A stretch of DNA of 28,063 nt from an uncultured archaeon (GTDB taxonomy: Archaea; Asgardarchaeota; Lokiarchaeia; Sigyniarchaeales; SOKP01), in assembly GCA_964525635.1 (NCBI GenBank), contig CAZGJX010000049.1, positions 1 through 28,063 on the forward strand. The letters run 5' to 3'. Every line of letters starts with the position of its first letter. Within the stretch, counting starts at the first letter, position 1. Both the position numbers and the translations under genes were made by a program. This document shows positions 17,716 through 27,769 of the stretch, piece by piece. The notes under the pieces are model-generated. The model was not told the origin of the DNA. It worked only from the letters and a program-made list of their open reading frames with translations, and searched no databases.

Positions 17716-18552
17716 TTAATGGCCTCCATATTCAATTTTGTATATATCTTCGATTGATTTTCCTGCATTTCTTTCATTGGTGATTTTTCCATCAGTTAAA
17801 GTTAAAACTCTATCCGCAGCTTGAGCGATTCGAATATTGTGAGTCACCATTAATATTGAATGACCAGTTTCTTTTAGATGAAGTAAAATTTTCATAATCT
17901 GTAGGGTTGTTTCAGTATCAAGTTCACCTGTTGGTTCATCTGCTAATAGAATTAAAGGATCATTTACTAAAGATCTAGCAATAGTTACTCTTTGTTGTTC
18001 TCCGCCAGATAACTGAGAGGGAAAATGATCCATTCTTTCTCCAAGTCCAACTGTTTTAAGTAATTCATTAACTCGTTTTTTCCTCAATTTAGGTTTTTTC
18101 TTTGCTATTAATGTAGGAAGTTCAACATTTTCATATGCTGTAAGAACGGGAAATAGATTATAGAATTGAAATATAAGTCCAATTCTTTTTAAACGCATAT
18201 TTTTTTGTTCTTGATTGTTCATTTCTGTGATATTGTGTCCATCACCATTATTACTAACATTATATATTATTTTTCCTGAATCTGGAAAATCTAATGCTCC
18301 AAGACAATTGATAAGAGTAGTTTTACCACTTCCTGAAGGCCCAACAATAGCAATGAATTCACCTTTTCTAATTTCCAGATTAACATCATCAAGTGCTTGT
18401 ATCTTTATATCTCCTGTTATATATGTTTTATAAAGGTTTTCCACTTTGAGAATTAAATGATTATCTATTTCATAGGATTTTGAAATTTTCTTTTTTTGTT
18501 TCTTTATTTCTTTTTTCTCTAAATTACTTTCCGGTTTGTTTTTTTCAATCAT
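17716..18552 (-). CDS. ABC transporter ATP-binding protein (LolD/MacB-type), second paralogue
   Basis: GPSGSGKTT, IFQFYNL, LSGGEQQRV.IARSL, ADEPTGELD, MVTHN. Confidence 0.95.
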   Translation of the reverse strand: MIEKNKPESNLEKKEIKKQKKKISKSYEIDNHLILKVENLYKTYITGDIKIQALDDVNLEIRKGEFIAIVGPSGSGKTTLINCLGALDFPDSGKIIYNVSNNGDGHNITEMNNQEQKNMRLKRIGLIFQFYNLFPVLTAYENVELPTLIAKKKPKLRKKRVNELLKTVGLGERMDHFPSQLSGGEQQRVTIARSLVNDPLILLADEPTGELDTETTLQIMKILLHLKETGHSILMVTHNIRIAQAADRVLTLTDGKITNERNAGKSIEDIYKIEYGGH

Positions 18553-18564
18553 TTTATCACCTCA

Positions 18565-21500
18565 TTAACGGGTTCGTACTGCATCAATGATATTTATATT
18601 TGCTGCCCATCTAGCAGGAAATATCGAACTCAATATAGCAGCTATGACAGTTATTGATACTAAAATAATGATTGTGAGCCAAGGAATAACATAGGTTACA
18701 GTGATGAATCCACCAGTAGGAGTTGCAAATACCATTAGACTTCCTTGAAGAATTCCTGCAAATATTCCAATAATAACACCCACTAAAGCAATAATTAATG
18801 TTTCTCCTGAAATTGATCTTATAACTCCACTTTTATTCAGACCTATCGATCTCAGCATTCCAATTTCTCTTCTACGAGACATTGTTGTCAATAGACAATG
18901 AAGCATAAGACCAATTAAAGCTATCACTATTGCCAAGATTAACATGCCATAGGTTATGAACATTATCAGATCAATAATTGTCCTAAAAGTTATTTCAGCA
19001 AAGGAACGAGTAAATCCAAATAATACAATATATCCTTGATCTTGAATATATTGTTGGACACTTTCAAGTACTTCCTCATCATTTCCACCTCTGATAAATA
19101 AATGAATATCAAAAACACTAATTCTCAATTGTAAACTTAATGATTTAATGTCAACAATCGACCAACTTCCTCCTACACTTGTAGTAAGATCTTCTTCTAG
19201 AGTAATACCGATTGAGCTTATATTCAAAGGATTATCACATTTAACTAAAATAGAGGAAACACTATCATTCATAATATTATTCCCTTTATATATTGGATAT
19301 ACTATATTTCTTGCTTTTTCATAATTTATATAGACAGAATTTTCACCAGGATTAAAACCAGCTTCTATTCCATTTTCCCATACATATCTTTCAGTATTAT
19401 ATAATTTTGGGGAATTTATAATACCAATCACTTTAAATTTAGGCCATTCTGATATCTGAAATAAATCGTATTTTGACTTAGTTATGTTTAAATATAGATT
19501 ATCAATATCAAGAGAATAGTCAGAGATGGTTGATGAATTTCCAACTATTCTTAATTCTAGTTTCGGTGCTTTCATTCCTGTAGGCATAGGTATATAGGAT
19601 GTTGATAAATTGAAATATAGTGTATAATTTAATTCATTATTATTATTTATATCTCCAAGTTTATCAAATTCATTTGTATAAACATTCAAAGCAAATATTT
19701 CTAAACTATCAATTGAATCATTAACTCTTGATTCAATACCAAGAGAAATAGCCTGTGAAAGTCTGGCAGGAAGGAAAAAATCTCCAATTGTCTCGTTCAT
19801 AAAAAAATTTATGTTAAAAATAAGTAATCCATTATCACTCATTAATGTTTTATTTATGTTATCTGAAACAGTTAAATTCATAGAATCTAGAGGTCCATCA
19901 GGACAAAAACCAGATTCATTAATAAACTCTGTATTATAACCACCTGCTAATAATGTATACTCTACAATATCTTGAGGGAAAATGGACACTTCTGAACCTA
20001 ATCCAAAGGGACCTTTTCTATTTTGATCATCTACAAAAGTCTGATCCACTACTGTAACATTTTCATTTGTATCGAGAAGTTCTTCTAATGTTGTTCCACT
20101 ATAGCTTATATCTTTATCGATGATAGTATGATTTCCAAAGTAAGAATCTGACTTTAAATTACCAGTTGAATTAGTATGTATACCTACTACCGATGTAAAA
20201 TTCGTTAACAGAGGATTAAATGGAGTGGTAGAGATTGCAGTATTATAATCCATTCGAGTTGTATAATATTCTATTCCATCTGTACTTTCTAAAATAGGTT
20301 GAATTTGGGAAAAATCAACCCAATTTGCCATATATGGATCTATGAATTCATCATCTCCTGTTTTAGGTTCTTGTCTAAAGACAATATCAGTACCTCCCCC
20401 AGGTAAATTCTGAATAGCAAGAGTATAGTAAGTTTCCCATGATATGAACATACCATAACTAGTACCCAATCCCATCATAGATGTTATAAAAGCTGCACTT
20501 CCTGTGAAAAAACCTTGGATTTTTTCAATTATAGCGACAACATTCATTTGAACTGTAACAACATCTTCTTGAGCATCTGAATCATCTTGTTCCAAGAAAT
20601 CAACAATAGTTGGATAAGTTAACCCTAAAGTAAAATTAACTTCAAGTAATTCTCCTGCTTTAACATTATATTTACTTGCGAAGTCACTTGATATTAAAAT
20701 ATTATTTCCTGATTTAAGTAGTCCAAGCATACTGCTAACTGATAAACTTTTTGGCGAAATTATATTTATATCAGGAGTATGTTCTAATACTTTATCTGTA
20801 TCAATAATGTTTATATTAATCGATTCGTTGAATTCATTATCAAGTTCGCTGTGACCAATCCATTTCCCATCTATACGTACCATAGCATTTTGATATCTTA
20901 CTCCAAAAACATCATCTATATTATCTAAGGTTAAAATCTCTTCCTCAATTGATCTTGGTGCCCCAAAAGCAAAAACCCTTGCATCACATCCCATTAAATC
21001 ATCTATAGTAGTATCAACGCCGGCTCTCATTGAATCTAGCATAACACTCATACCTACTAAATAACTAGTTGTTAATGCGATCATACAAAATGTTAGCACA
21101 GTTCTTTTTCGATGTCTCAAAATATTCTTTTTCGTAAGTAACTGAGTTTGTTTTAAAACAGGAGAAAATAATTTAACAAAAGCTTTTGAAATGGGTCTAA
21201 TTATTAGTGATGTAAGAATAATAACACCAATTAAGACAAAAGTTGGAGCACTCATAGCTATAGCAGCTTGATCTCCCGCAAAACCTCCATTTGTAGAACT
21301 CGCAAAATCAAGAGTTTGACTTGCTGAGCTAAATAATAACCAAGATCCCCCGATTATAAGAAATATTCCAATAGATGCATATATTAAAGGTTTTTTAAAT
21401 TTTATTTTCTCACGTTTACTTTTTTCTTCTATTGGATTCAAGCATTCAATTATTGGTTTCCTACTTGCTTTATAACTTGGATAGATTGATGAAAGTAAAC

Positions 21501-22806
21501 AAGATATAAAACCGACTGAAAAAACCATAATTAAAGTGGTGGGTAATAATACAATCTCAAAATCCATATCAAAGAAAGAATATGATCCTGCTGCTTGAAT
21601 TGTGCTAATAGAGTTCATTGTAATCGAAAAAATAAGATATGAAATAAAATATGAACATATTGTCCCTATAATAGATCCCATCAATCCCATAATCAAACCC
21701 TGAGTAAGGAACATCTTAAAAGTTTCTATTTTGGACGCACCTATTGCTTGAAACATTCCTGTCTCATATTCTTGTTCCTTTCTTATAATATTAAAGATGT
21801 TAGTTATAAGAACAATTGATAAAATGAGGGCTATAAGACCAAAAACTAAAAACATTGTTCTTATTGTCGTCATTGTGGTATTAACGTCCTCAAGATTATC
21901 CGTTTTTAAATCATTAACTTTCCAATCAAGTCCATCATCTAATTCTATTAATTTTTTCTCAATATTATTGGCTGCTTTATTAGTATTGTAAATATCATCA
22001 ACACCAATAACACCCAAGTTATATTCACCAGTGTGATTTTCATTTCCATCAACAAGTTTATGAGCGCTACTGATTGATGAAAATAGGAGCGGGCCTAGCT
22101 GTGATAGAGAGAAAGCTTCATTTGATTCATAAGGATTATAGAATTGAGCTTCTCCATAATCTCTTACCACTGCTACGATGGTATATTGATCCCAAGTACC
22201 CGTATCATCAACATCATATGTAGAATTTGCTTCTCGTGGTAATATTCGAACTATATCACCAGCATGAACATTTTTTCCCAATTTTATTTTTAAGGATTCA
22301 GTTGCAACTATAACTCTATTACCTGTCTCATTATCAATATATTTAAGCATTTCTTCAATACTATTAGTATTTTCCAATTCACTTATTATATCTAATTTAT
22401 ATGGCGTCCCTCCTAATTTTGATTCATCATTACTATAGGGATCAATACCATAAACATTTGTTGATGTACTATCATCAATTTGAGTTCCATTATCTACTCC
22501 ACTTACAAATACGCTAAATCCAGAAACTCTAAATGCTATTTGTTCCACATGATTAATCCTTGTAAGATTACCTTCAATATAGGTAGGATCAAACCAACCA
22601 GATTCAGTTGCATTTGAGCGAATTAAAATATCTGCTGTACCCATTTGTTGATCAATACTATCAAGGAATATTTTATTGAAGGAATCAGAAGCAATCATAA
22701 CACCTCCAAATAAAGCGACTCCAATTATTAATGAAAGAGTTGTTAGTATATATCGAATTTTTCTTCGTTTTATATTTCTAAAAGAAATTTTAGTAATTAC
22801 ACCCAT
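18565..22806 (-). CDS. Large FtsX/MacB-family (type VII ABC) permease, tandem double repeat, 1413 aa
   Basis: RNIKRRKIRYILT and KNILRHRKRTVLT entry helices, ETGMFQAIGASK and RRREIGMLRSIG motifs, PSYKASR/PARWAA ends; large extracellular domains rich in N-x-S/T sequons. Confidence 0.92.
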   Translation of the reverse strand: MGVITKISFRNIKRRKIRYILTTLSLIIGVALFGGVMIASDSFNKIFLDSIDQQMGTADILIRSNATESGWFDPTYIEGNLTRINHVEQIAFRVSGFSVFVSGVDNGTQIDDSTSTNVYGIDPYSNDESKLGGTPYKLDIISELENTNSIEEMLKYIDNETGNRVIVATESLKIKLGKNVHAGDIVRILPREANSTYDVDDTGTWDQYTIVAVVRDYGEAQFYNPYESNEAFSLSQLGPLLFSSISSAHKLVDGNENHTGEYNLGVIGVDDIYNTNKAANNIEKKLIELDDGLDWKVNDLKTDNLEDVNTTMTTIRTMFLVFGLIALILSIVLITNIFNIIRKEQEYETGMFQAIGASKIETFKMFLTQGLIMGLMGSIIGTICSYFISYLIFSITMNSISTIQAAGSYSFFDMDFEIVLLPTTLIMVFSVGFISCLLSSIYPSYKASRKPIIECLNPIEEKSKREKIKFKKPLIYASIGIFLIIGGSWLLFSSASQTLDFASSTNGGFAGDQAAIAMSAPTFVLIGVIILTSLIIRPISKAFVKLFSPVLKQTQLLTKKNILRHRKRTVLTFCMIALTTSYLVGMSVMLDSMRAGVDTTIDDLMGCDARVFAFGAPRSIEEEILTLDNIDDVFGVRYQNAMVRIDGKWIGHSELDNEFNESININIIDTDKVLEHTPDINIISPKSLSVSSMLGLLKSGNNILISSDFASKYNVKAGELLEVNFTLGLTYPTIVDFLEQDDSDAQEDVVTVQMNVVAIIEKIQGFFTGSAAFITSMMGLGTSYGMFISWETYYTLAIQNLPGGGTDIVFRQEPKTGDDEFIDPYMANWVDFSQIQPILESTDGIEYYTTRMDYNTAISTTPFNPLLTNFTSVVGIHTNSTGNLKSDSYFGNHTIIDKDISYSGTTLEELLDTNENVTVVDQTFVDDQNRKGPFGLGSEVSIFPQDIVEYTLLAGGYNTEFINESGFCPDGPLDSMNLTVSDNINKTLMSDNGLLIFNINFFMNETIGDFFLPARLSQAISLGIESRVNDSIDSLEIFALNVYTNEFDKLGDINNNNELNYTLYFNLSTSYIPMPTGMKAPKLELRIVGNSSTISDYSLDIDNLYLNITKSKYDLFQISEWPKFKVIGIINSPKLYNTERYVWENGIEAGFNPGENSVYINYEKARNIVYPIYKGNNIMNDSVSSILVKCDNPLNISSIGITLEEDLTTSVGGSWSIVDIKSLSLQLRISVFDIHLFIRGGNDEEVLESVQQYIQDQGYIVLFGFTRSFAEITFRTIIDLIMFITYGMLILAIVIALIGLMLHCLLTTMSRRREIGMLRSIGLNKSGVIRSISGETLIIALVGVIIGIFAGILQGSLMVFATPTGGFITVTYVIPWLTIIILVSITVIAAILSSIFPARWAANINIIDAVRTR

Positions 22807-22935
22807 TGTTTAAATTTACACCATTGATTTCTGTTTATTTCTAATTGTTTTTTAATTTATATAATCATAAAGGTATCCTAGGAATTGCTTAAGCTTTTAT
22901 AAATTGATAAGATATAGTTACTTATTTTCTTCATT

Positions 22936-23505
22936 TTACTCATTTTCTTTTTTTATTTTTAGTAACATAGAATCTATATTGCCAATAACTGTATTCAGTA
23001 TTCCTATAGCTATTATAAATTGTTTTTTTTGGTGTTCAAGATATTCAATTTTTTCATTTTTTGACATATTTTCACTTACATTTTCAAGAGCTAATCCAGT
23101 AGGTATAAAATATTGTGTATTATTGAAAGTAAATGCTAGATCTCTAAATTCATCTTCACTTAAGACAGAAGAAATTAATGAATCTACAGCATTTATTATC
23201 CTTTTATGTCTTCTTAATAGAATTTTTAAAATAGTTTTTCCTTTTAATGTTAATCTATAGACTTTTCGAATTTTTTCGCCTTCTGCTTCTTCTTTAAATT
23301 TAATTAAACCATCTTCTGTCATCTTTTTAAGATTAGTATAAATCGTAGAATCAGATGGTACCCAAATACCGAGGGTTCGTTGTTCAATTTCTTTTTTAAT
23401 CCTATAGCCATGAGTAGGCATTTTCTCTAAAATAGATAACACTATGATATTAATAAATCCTTTAGTTATAGCTGCTTCAAATTTATTAGCAATTTCCTCA
23501 ACCAT
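22936..23505 (-). CDS. PadR-family transcriptional regulator
   Basis: HGYRIKKEI, STIYTNLKKM...GLI, RKVYRLTLKG. Confidence 0.92.
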   Translation of the reverse strand: MVEEIANKFEAAITKGFINIIVLSILEKMPTHGYRIKKEIEQRTLGIWVPSDSTIYTNLKKMTEDGLIKFKEEAEGEKIRKVYRLTLKGKTILKILLRRHKRIINAVDSLISSVLSEDEFRDLAFTFNNTQYFIPTGLALENVSENMSKNEKIEYLEHQKKQFIIAIGILNTVIGNIDSMLLKIKKENE

Positions 23506-23549
23506 TATATCACTTTTAAATTGTTTTTTATTAAATTTTATAACAATTA

Positions 23550-23587
23550 TGATACATCAAAAATGATATATCAATAATGATATAATA
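23550..23587. promoter_or_regulatory. Putative PadR operator array (three TGATATATCA-like boxes, 14-bp period)
   Basis: tgatacatca 23550-23559, tgatatatca 23564-23573 and tgatataata 23578-23587, just upstream of the PadR start at 23505. Confidence 0.55.
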
Positions 23588-23693
23588 TAATTCTTCATAT
23601 AAATAGTTAAACATTTAATAAAAGAATTTGAATTTATGGATTTTTATTTACAAAAACTTAAATAAAAAAAAAAAATTTTTTATGTATTAAAGA

Positions 23694-24614
23694 TTATTCG
23701 CCTTTACTTTGCCTTGTTACATATCTAATATAAGCGATTGATAATAAGATAGATATATATATTAAGAGCCCATATCCAGCACTTAAAGGAAGAGGAGTTG
23801 TCCATGCATTGAGAGGATCCCCCCCTAACATCGCACCAGTACCAAGAACAGGTCCATAACGAGTAACGGGCATATTTAGAGATGCGGAAATAATGGTTTC
23901 ATAGTAACTAAGAAGAAAAAACATAGGTAACTCGAATTCATCAGTAAATCTTGAAAACATAAAAATCCCACTGATCATGTTAAAGATCATGAGGAATATT
24001 AGGATACTAAATATAATACTCATTGAAGTATTTTTCATAAGGCTACTCATTAATGTAACAAAACAGAATACAGCAAATGCATAATATAATGCCCATAATA
24101 GTGATAACAAGATTGTTATTGGAACATCTCCAAATCTTATGAAAGTAACTATAATCATAAGTGTATATAAAAATCCAGTACAAAGTGCTATGTAACTAAA
24201 TCGTGATATTATTCTACCTATAAGTAATCGTGTTTTACTTATTTTAGGAAATATTAAATTTCCTGTTTGAGTAGAAAAATCTTCAGATATTATAGATCCG
24301 CCAAAAATAGAAGCACTAATAATAGTAAGTAGTCCTAAAATACCATATTGGGCTGAAAAGAGTTGTTGTACATAACCTAAAGAGTCGTTAAAAAACGTAT
24401 CAGTCAACATTTCTATTAGAACAACGATTAACATTAATAAAAGAAACATTGCAAAATAGACTATTAACATCGCAATAAATTTTTTGAAATTTCTCTTTAG
24501 TTCAAACGCGATTGTATTACCTATTTGTGTAAAATCACGTCTAATACCGGCATTTTGTTTTTCAACAGCTAATTCTTGAAGATAAATCGCTTCTGGCTCT
24601 AATTCATAATTCAT
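23694..24614 (-). CDS. ABC-2-type transporter permease
   Basis: About six TM segments; GGSIISEDFSTQTG...FPKISKTRLLIGR matches the ABC-2 cytoplasmic loop. Confidence 0.88.
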   Translation of the reverse strand: MNYELEPEAIYLQELAVEKQNAGIRRDFTQIGNTIAFELKRNFKKFIAMLIVYFAMFLLLMLIVVLIEMLTDTFFNDSLGYVQQLFSAQYGILGLLTIISASIFGGSIISEDFSTQTGNLIFPKISKTRLLIGRIISRFSYIALCTGFLYTLMIIVTFIRFGDVPITILLSLLWALYYAFAVFCFVTLMSSLMKNTSMSIIFSILIFLMIFNMISGIFMFSRFTDEFELPMFFLLSYYETIISASLNMPVTRYGPVLGTGAMLGGDPLNAWTTPLPLSAGYGLLIYISILLSIAYIRYVTRQSKGE

Positions 24615-24617
24615 TTT

Positions 24618-25689
24618 TTAAACCTCCATATTTTCTAAATTAAAATTCTTTTGAATTAATTTATTATTGAATTGAGAAGTTGCATCTGGAGTCGTCATTT
24701 CAATAAAAAGATTTTCAAGTAAACCTGCTTTGGGAACAGAAAATTCAATAACTTTATAATCATGTTGCAGAAGTGTTTTTAAAATGAGCCGTTGGTTTTC
24801 CGGATGACCATCGAAAAATATTTGAAATACACCATTGTCTTCATTGTAATCAATCCAGTTTGTTTCATAAGGAACTCCTGTTAAAGGTGTGACTATTTCC
24901 TTTATATGATTTAATATTTCATTTATGTTTTTATTGGGTTGTTTGAGTAATTCAAAATTGATAATACTCTTTTTAGCTTTTGATTCTAAATTGTCAAGAG
25001 TATCAAATGCAATAAGCTTTCCATGATTGATAATAGCAACCCTGTCTGCAACCTCACTGATTTCATATAGCAAATGACTACTAAGAAAGATAGTCTTTCC
25101 TATTTTCTTTAATTTTAAAATGAAATCACGCACATCTCTTCGTGCTCCAGGGTCTAATCCTGTTGATGGCTCATCTAATACAATAATATCTGGATCATGA
25201 ATAATTGCAGAAGCAATTCCAATTTTTTGACGCATTCCTTTAGAGAATGTTTTTATTTTCTTATCAATCCAATCAGACATCCCAAACATCTCAATTACTT
25301 CTTCAATTCGTTCACCGACTTTTTTGCTTGGATAACCTTTAAGTTTTGCAAAATATGATAAAATTAGACGTGGAGTAACATTTCCATAGAAAAATGGATT
25401 TTCAATTAAGAATCCAATATTATTTAATAAATAATCTTTATTATGGCTTGATAATTTTAGTAATTCACCATTTCCACGAATTAATATTTCACCCTCATTT
25501 GGTTTTAGAAGATATGCTATCATTTTCATTGTTGTTGATTTTCCAGCACCATTAGGTCCAAGAAATCCAACAATTTCTCCTCTTCTTACTTCTAAATTAA
25601 GATTAGAAACAGCATAAAATTTCCCAAATCTTTTTGAAAGATTTTTTAATTGAATAATTGTTTTATGATTTGTTTTACTTATTTTTCAT
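24618..25689 (-). CDS. ABC-2 (drug-export type) ATP-binding protein; start codon out of frame by one base
   Basis: The frame stays open upstream of the ORF-track start to 25685 and encodes IIQLKNLSKRFGKFYAVSNLNLEVRRGEIVGFLGPNGAGKSTT (Walker A); downstream FSKGMRQK, LDEP, SSH. The only plausible ATG (25689) is in another frame. Confidence 0.88.
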
Positions 25690-26255
25690 CACTTTTTCTG
25701 AAATTTACTTATTTTTTCATCAATTGTATGAAGTGTGTGGTTAAAATGATTGATTAGAAACTCAATTTTTCTTTTAAATAATTGAAGTTTTTCCATATCA
25801 TATCCATCTATTACTTTTTCTAAGTTTGGTTTCATAAATAATAATAAAGAATTCGGAGATGATAAATTAATTTCTGAAGGAGATTCAGTGGAATTTAATG
25901 AATGTAAATCCATGATTGAATTAATAGATTCGATCATATTTTGTTGTTTTTCATTTACTAATTCCAATACTTGTTCACCCTTTTTAGTCAGATTATACAC
26001 TTTACGAATTCTTTCTCCATCCTTTATTTCTTCACAGGATATAAATCCTTTTCTACTTAGATTCTTTAATATTGGATATATTGAAGATGCTGAAGCGTGC
26101 CAAATAGTGTGTTGTTCAATATTTTTTATAATTTGATAACCATGAGAAGGGTAATTTCTTAAGATAAATAAAACGATTGTACTGATAAATCCTCGTTTCA
26201 TTTCCCTTTCTATTCTATCAACAAACTTCTTTGCATCATCACTCAATTTAACCAT
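25689..26255 (-). CDS. PadR-family transcriptional regulator
   Basis: HGYQIIKNI, SSIYPILKNL...GFI, RKVYNLTKKG. Confidence 0.92.
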   Translation of the reverse strand: MVKLSDDAKKFVDRIEREMKRGFISTIVLFILRNYPSHGYQIIKNIEQHTIWHASASSIYPILKNLSRKGFISCEEIKDGERIRKVYNLTKKGEQVLELVNEKQQNMIESINSIMDLHSLNSTESPSEINLSSPNSLLLFMKPNLEKVIDGYDMEKLQLFKRKIEFLINHFNHTLHTIDEKISKFQKK

Positions 26256-26288
26256 ATATGTATACCTTAAAAATTTATATTCTTTTAC

Positions 26289-26314
26289 CGATATATCATT
26301 ATTATGATATATCC
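26289..26314. promoter_or_regulatory. Putative PadR operator (two GATATATC boxes)
   Basis: cgatatatca 26289-26298 and tgatatatcc 26305-26314, upstream of the PadR start at 26255. Confidence 0.55.
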
Positions 26315-26561
26315 TTATTAAAATATAAATTTTTCTTTTTTAAGGATTATATAAGATAATCCATTATGAATAGAATATAAAATTTCAATAGACCAATTTT
26401 TATAGAAATCTTCATTAAGAAAATTATTTTTTTTAAGAAGATGATATGTATCCTAAGAAATACCTTAGATAATTATTATGAATATTCTTTTTAATAATAG
26501 AAAAGAATTATATAGATTATTTTATTTAGTATTTTTAAGAACTTATTAGTTAACATATCAA

Positions 26562-27317
26562 TTAGAATATTTTTGGGAAAATTTGTTTTGTATTATGATA
26601 AATTTGTTCTTCTAATTCATTTATTGGACAATTTTTTAATTTTGAAATACTATTTAAGACGTTTTTTATCATTGATGGTGTTCCTACCTGATTTGAATAT
26701 TTTACTGGTCCATCGCTTTCAAGTAAAAGTTGTTTATTATCAACTAATTCCGCAACTTTTTTAACAGGAGGAGAATAGGAAATTGCAGGTGTAATTGAAA
26801 AATAATATCCTCTTTCAATACCTATCTTTAAGAAGCTTTCTGGGCCAGAATACCAGTGAATATTGATATTTGGTAAATTATATGAGGGTAATATATCAAA
26901 AACCTCTCTTTCAGCACCTTTGGTATGAATATTCACAGGTAAATTTAAATCTTGAGCTATAGATAGCATTCTTTTAAAAATTTTATCTTGGATTGGATAT
27001 AATTCTTTATTTTTAATAAAATAATGATCTAAACCTATTTCACCAATCGCACATAGTAAATCACTATTTTTTTTTATGTAATCTTCAATAATATCAAGTT
27101 GATTTTCAATATTCGAATTCATTTTAACTTCTTCAGGGTGTATACCTAAAGCAGGATAAATGATTTCATAACTATTTGCGATTTGAATAATTCTTTCCAA
27201 ACTAACTAAACTCATTCCAACAGAGATAATTTTTTCTATTCCTACCTGTTTAGCTTCCTCCAATATCTCCTGAAGATTTAAATAGAGATTAGCATGGCAA
27301 TGTATGTCTATTAACAT
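26562..27317 (-). CDS. tatD: TatD-family metal-dependent hydrolase/DNase
   Basis: DIHCH, GIHP, GEIGLD, IHTK, IHWY, ESDGP. Confidence 0.93.
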   Translation of the reverse strand: MLIDIHCHANLYLNLQEILEEAKQVGIEKIISVGMSLVSLERIIQIANSYEIIYPALGIHPEEVKMNSNIENQLDIIEDYIKKNSDLLCAIGEIGLDHYFIKNKELYPIQDKIFKRMLSIAQDLNLPVNIHTKGAEREVFDILPSYNLPNINIHWYSGPESFLKIGIERGYYFSITPAISYSPPVKKVAELVDNKQLLLESDGPVKYSNQVGTPSMIKNVLNSISKLKNCPINELEEQIYHNTKQIFPKIF

Positions 27318-27436
27318 AGAGTTACAATAATTATTTATGATTTAGATATAATTATATTATTCTAATAATTTTTTAAATAATTACAAATTTATGGATTGCT
27401 ATAAATAGTTATAAAGCTAAGAATTAAATCATTAAT

Positions 27437-27769
27437 TTAAAAAGTATTTACTTTTGCTCGCAATTTTGCAATCTTCATTACAAGATCAAATTTTCTAGCA
27501 AAAGGATAATTATTTGATTCTAAAATAAATTTTAATTTTTCTAATCGATTTAAAAAAAGATTCTTTAAATCTTTTTTTGTTACATGCCCTAATAATTTGG
27601 GTAATGGTTCAATTTTATCTAATTTTTTTGATCTTAATTGAGATATAGCTTTTGCTACTTCAGCTTGTACTCCCTTTGAATTACCAGAATCTATGTGCTC
27701 AAGAGAGTCAAAAGATACTTTTAAACCGTCTATAAATGCCTCTAAATCTTCTATATCAACAGCATCCAT
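27437..27769 (-). CDS. Hypothetical protein
   Basis: 110-aa, helical-looking ORF with ATG start, isolated in AT-rich spacer. Confidence 0.65.
   Translation of the reverse strand: MDAVDIEDLEAFIDGLKVSFDSLEHIDSGNSKGVQAEVAKAISQLRSKKLDKIEPLPKLLGHVTKKDLKNLFLNRLEKLKFILESNNYPFARKFDLVMKIAKLRAKVNTF

Noticed and set aside
23550-23587. Mini-CRISPR or tandem repeat array
   Set aside because: Units are 10 bp with 4-bp gaps, far too short; they fit operator boxes better.
590-26764. Short antisense or alternate-frame ORFs (e.g. 590-892, 2103-2312, 2797-3018, 6123-6449, 9001-9252, 16391-16642, 22904-23260, 25888-26136)
   Set aside because: They lie within or opposite well-supported genes and show no motifs; treated as shadow ORFs.
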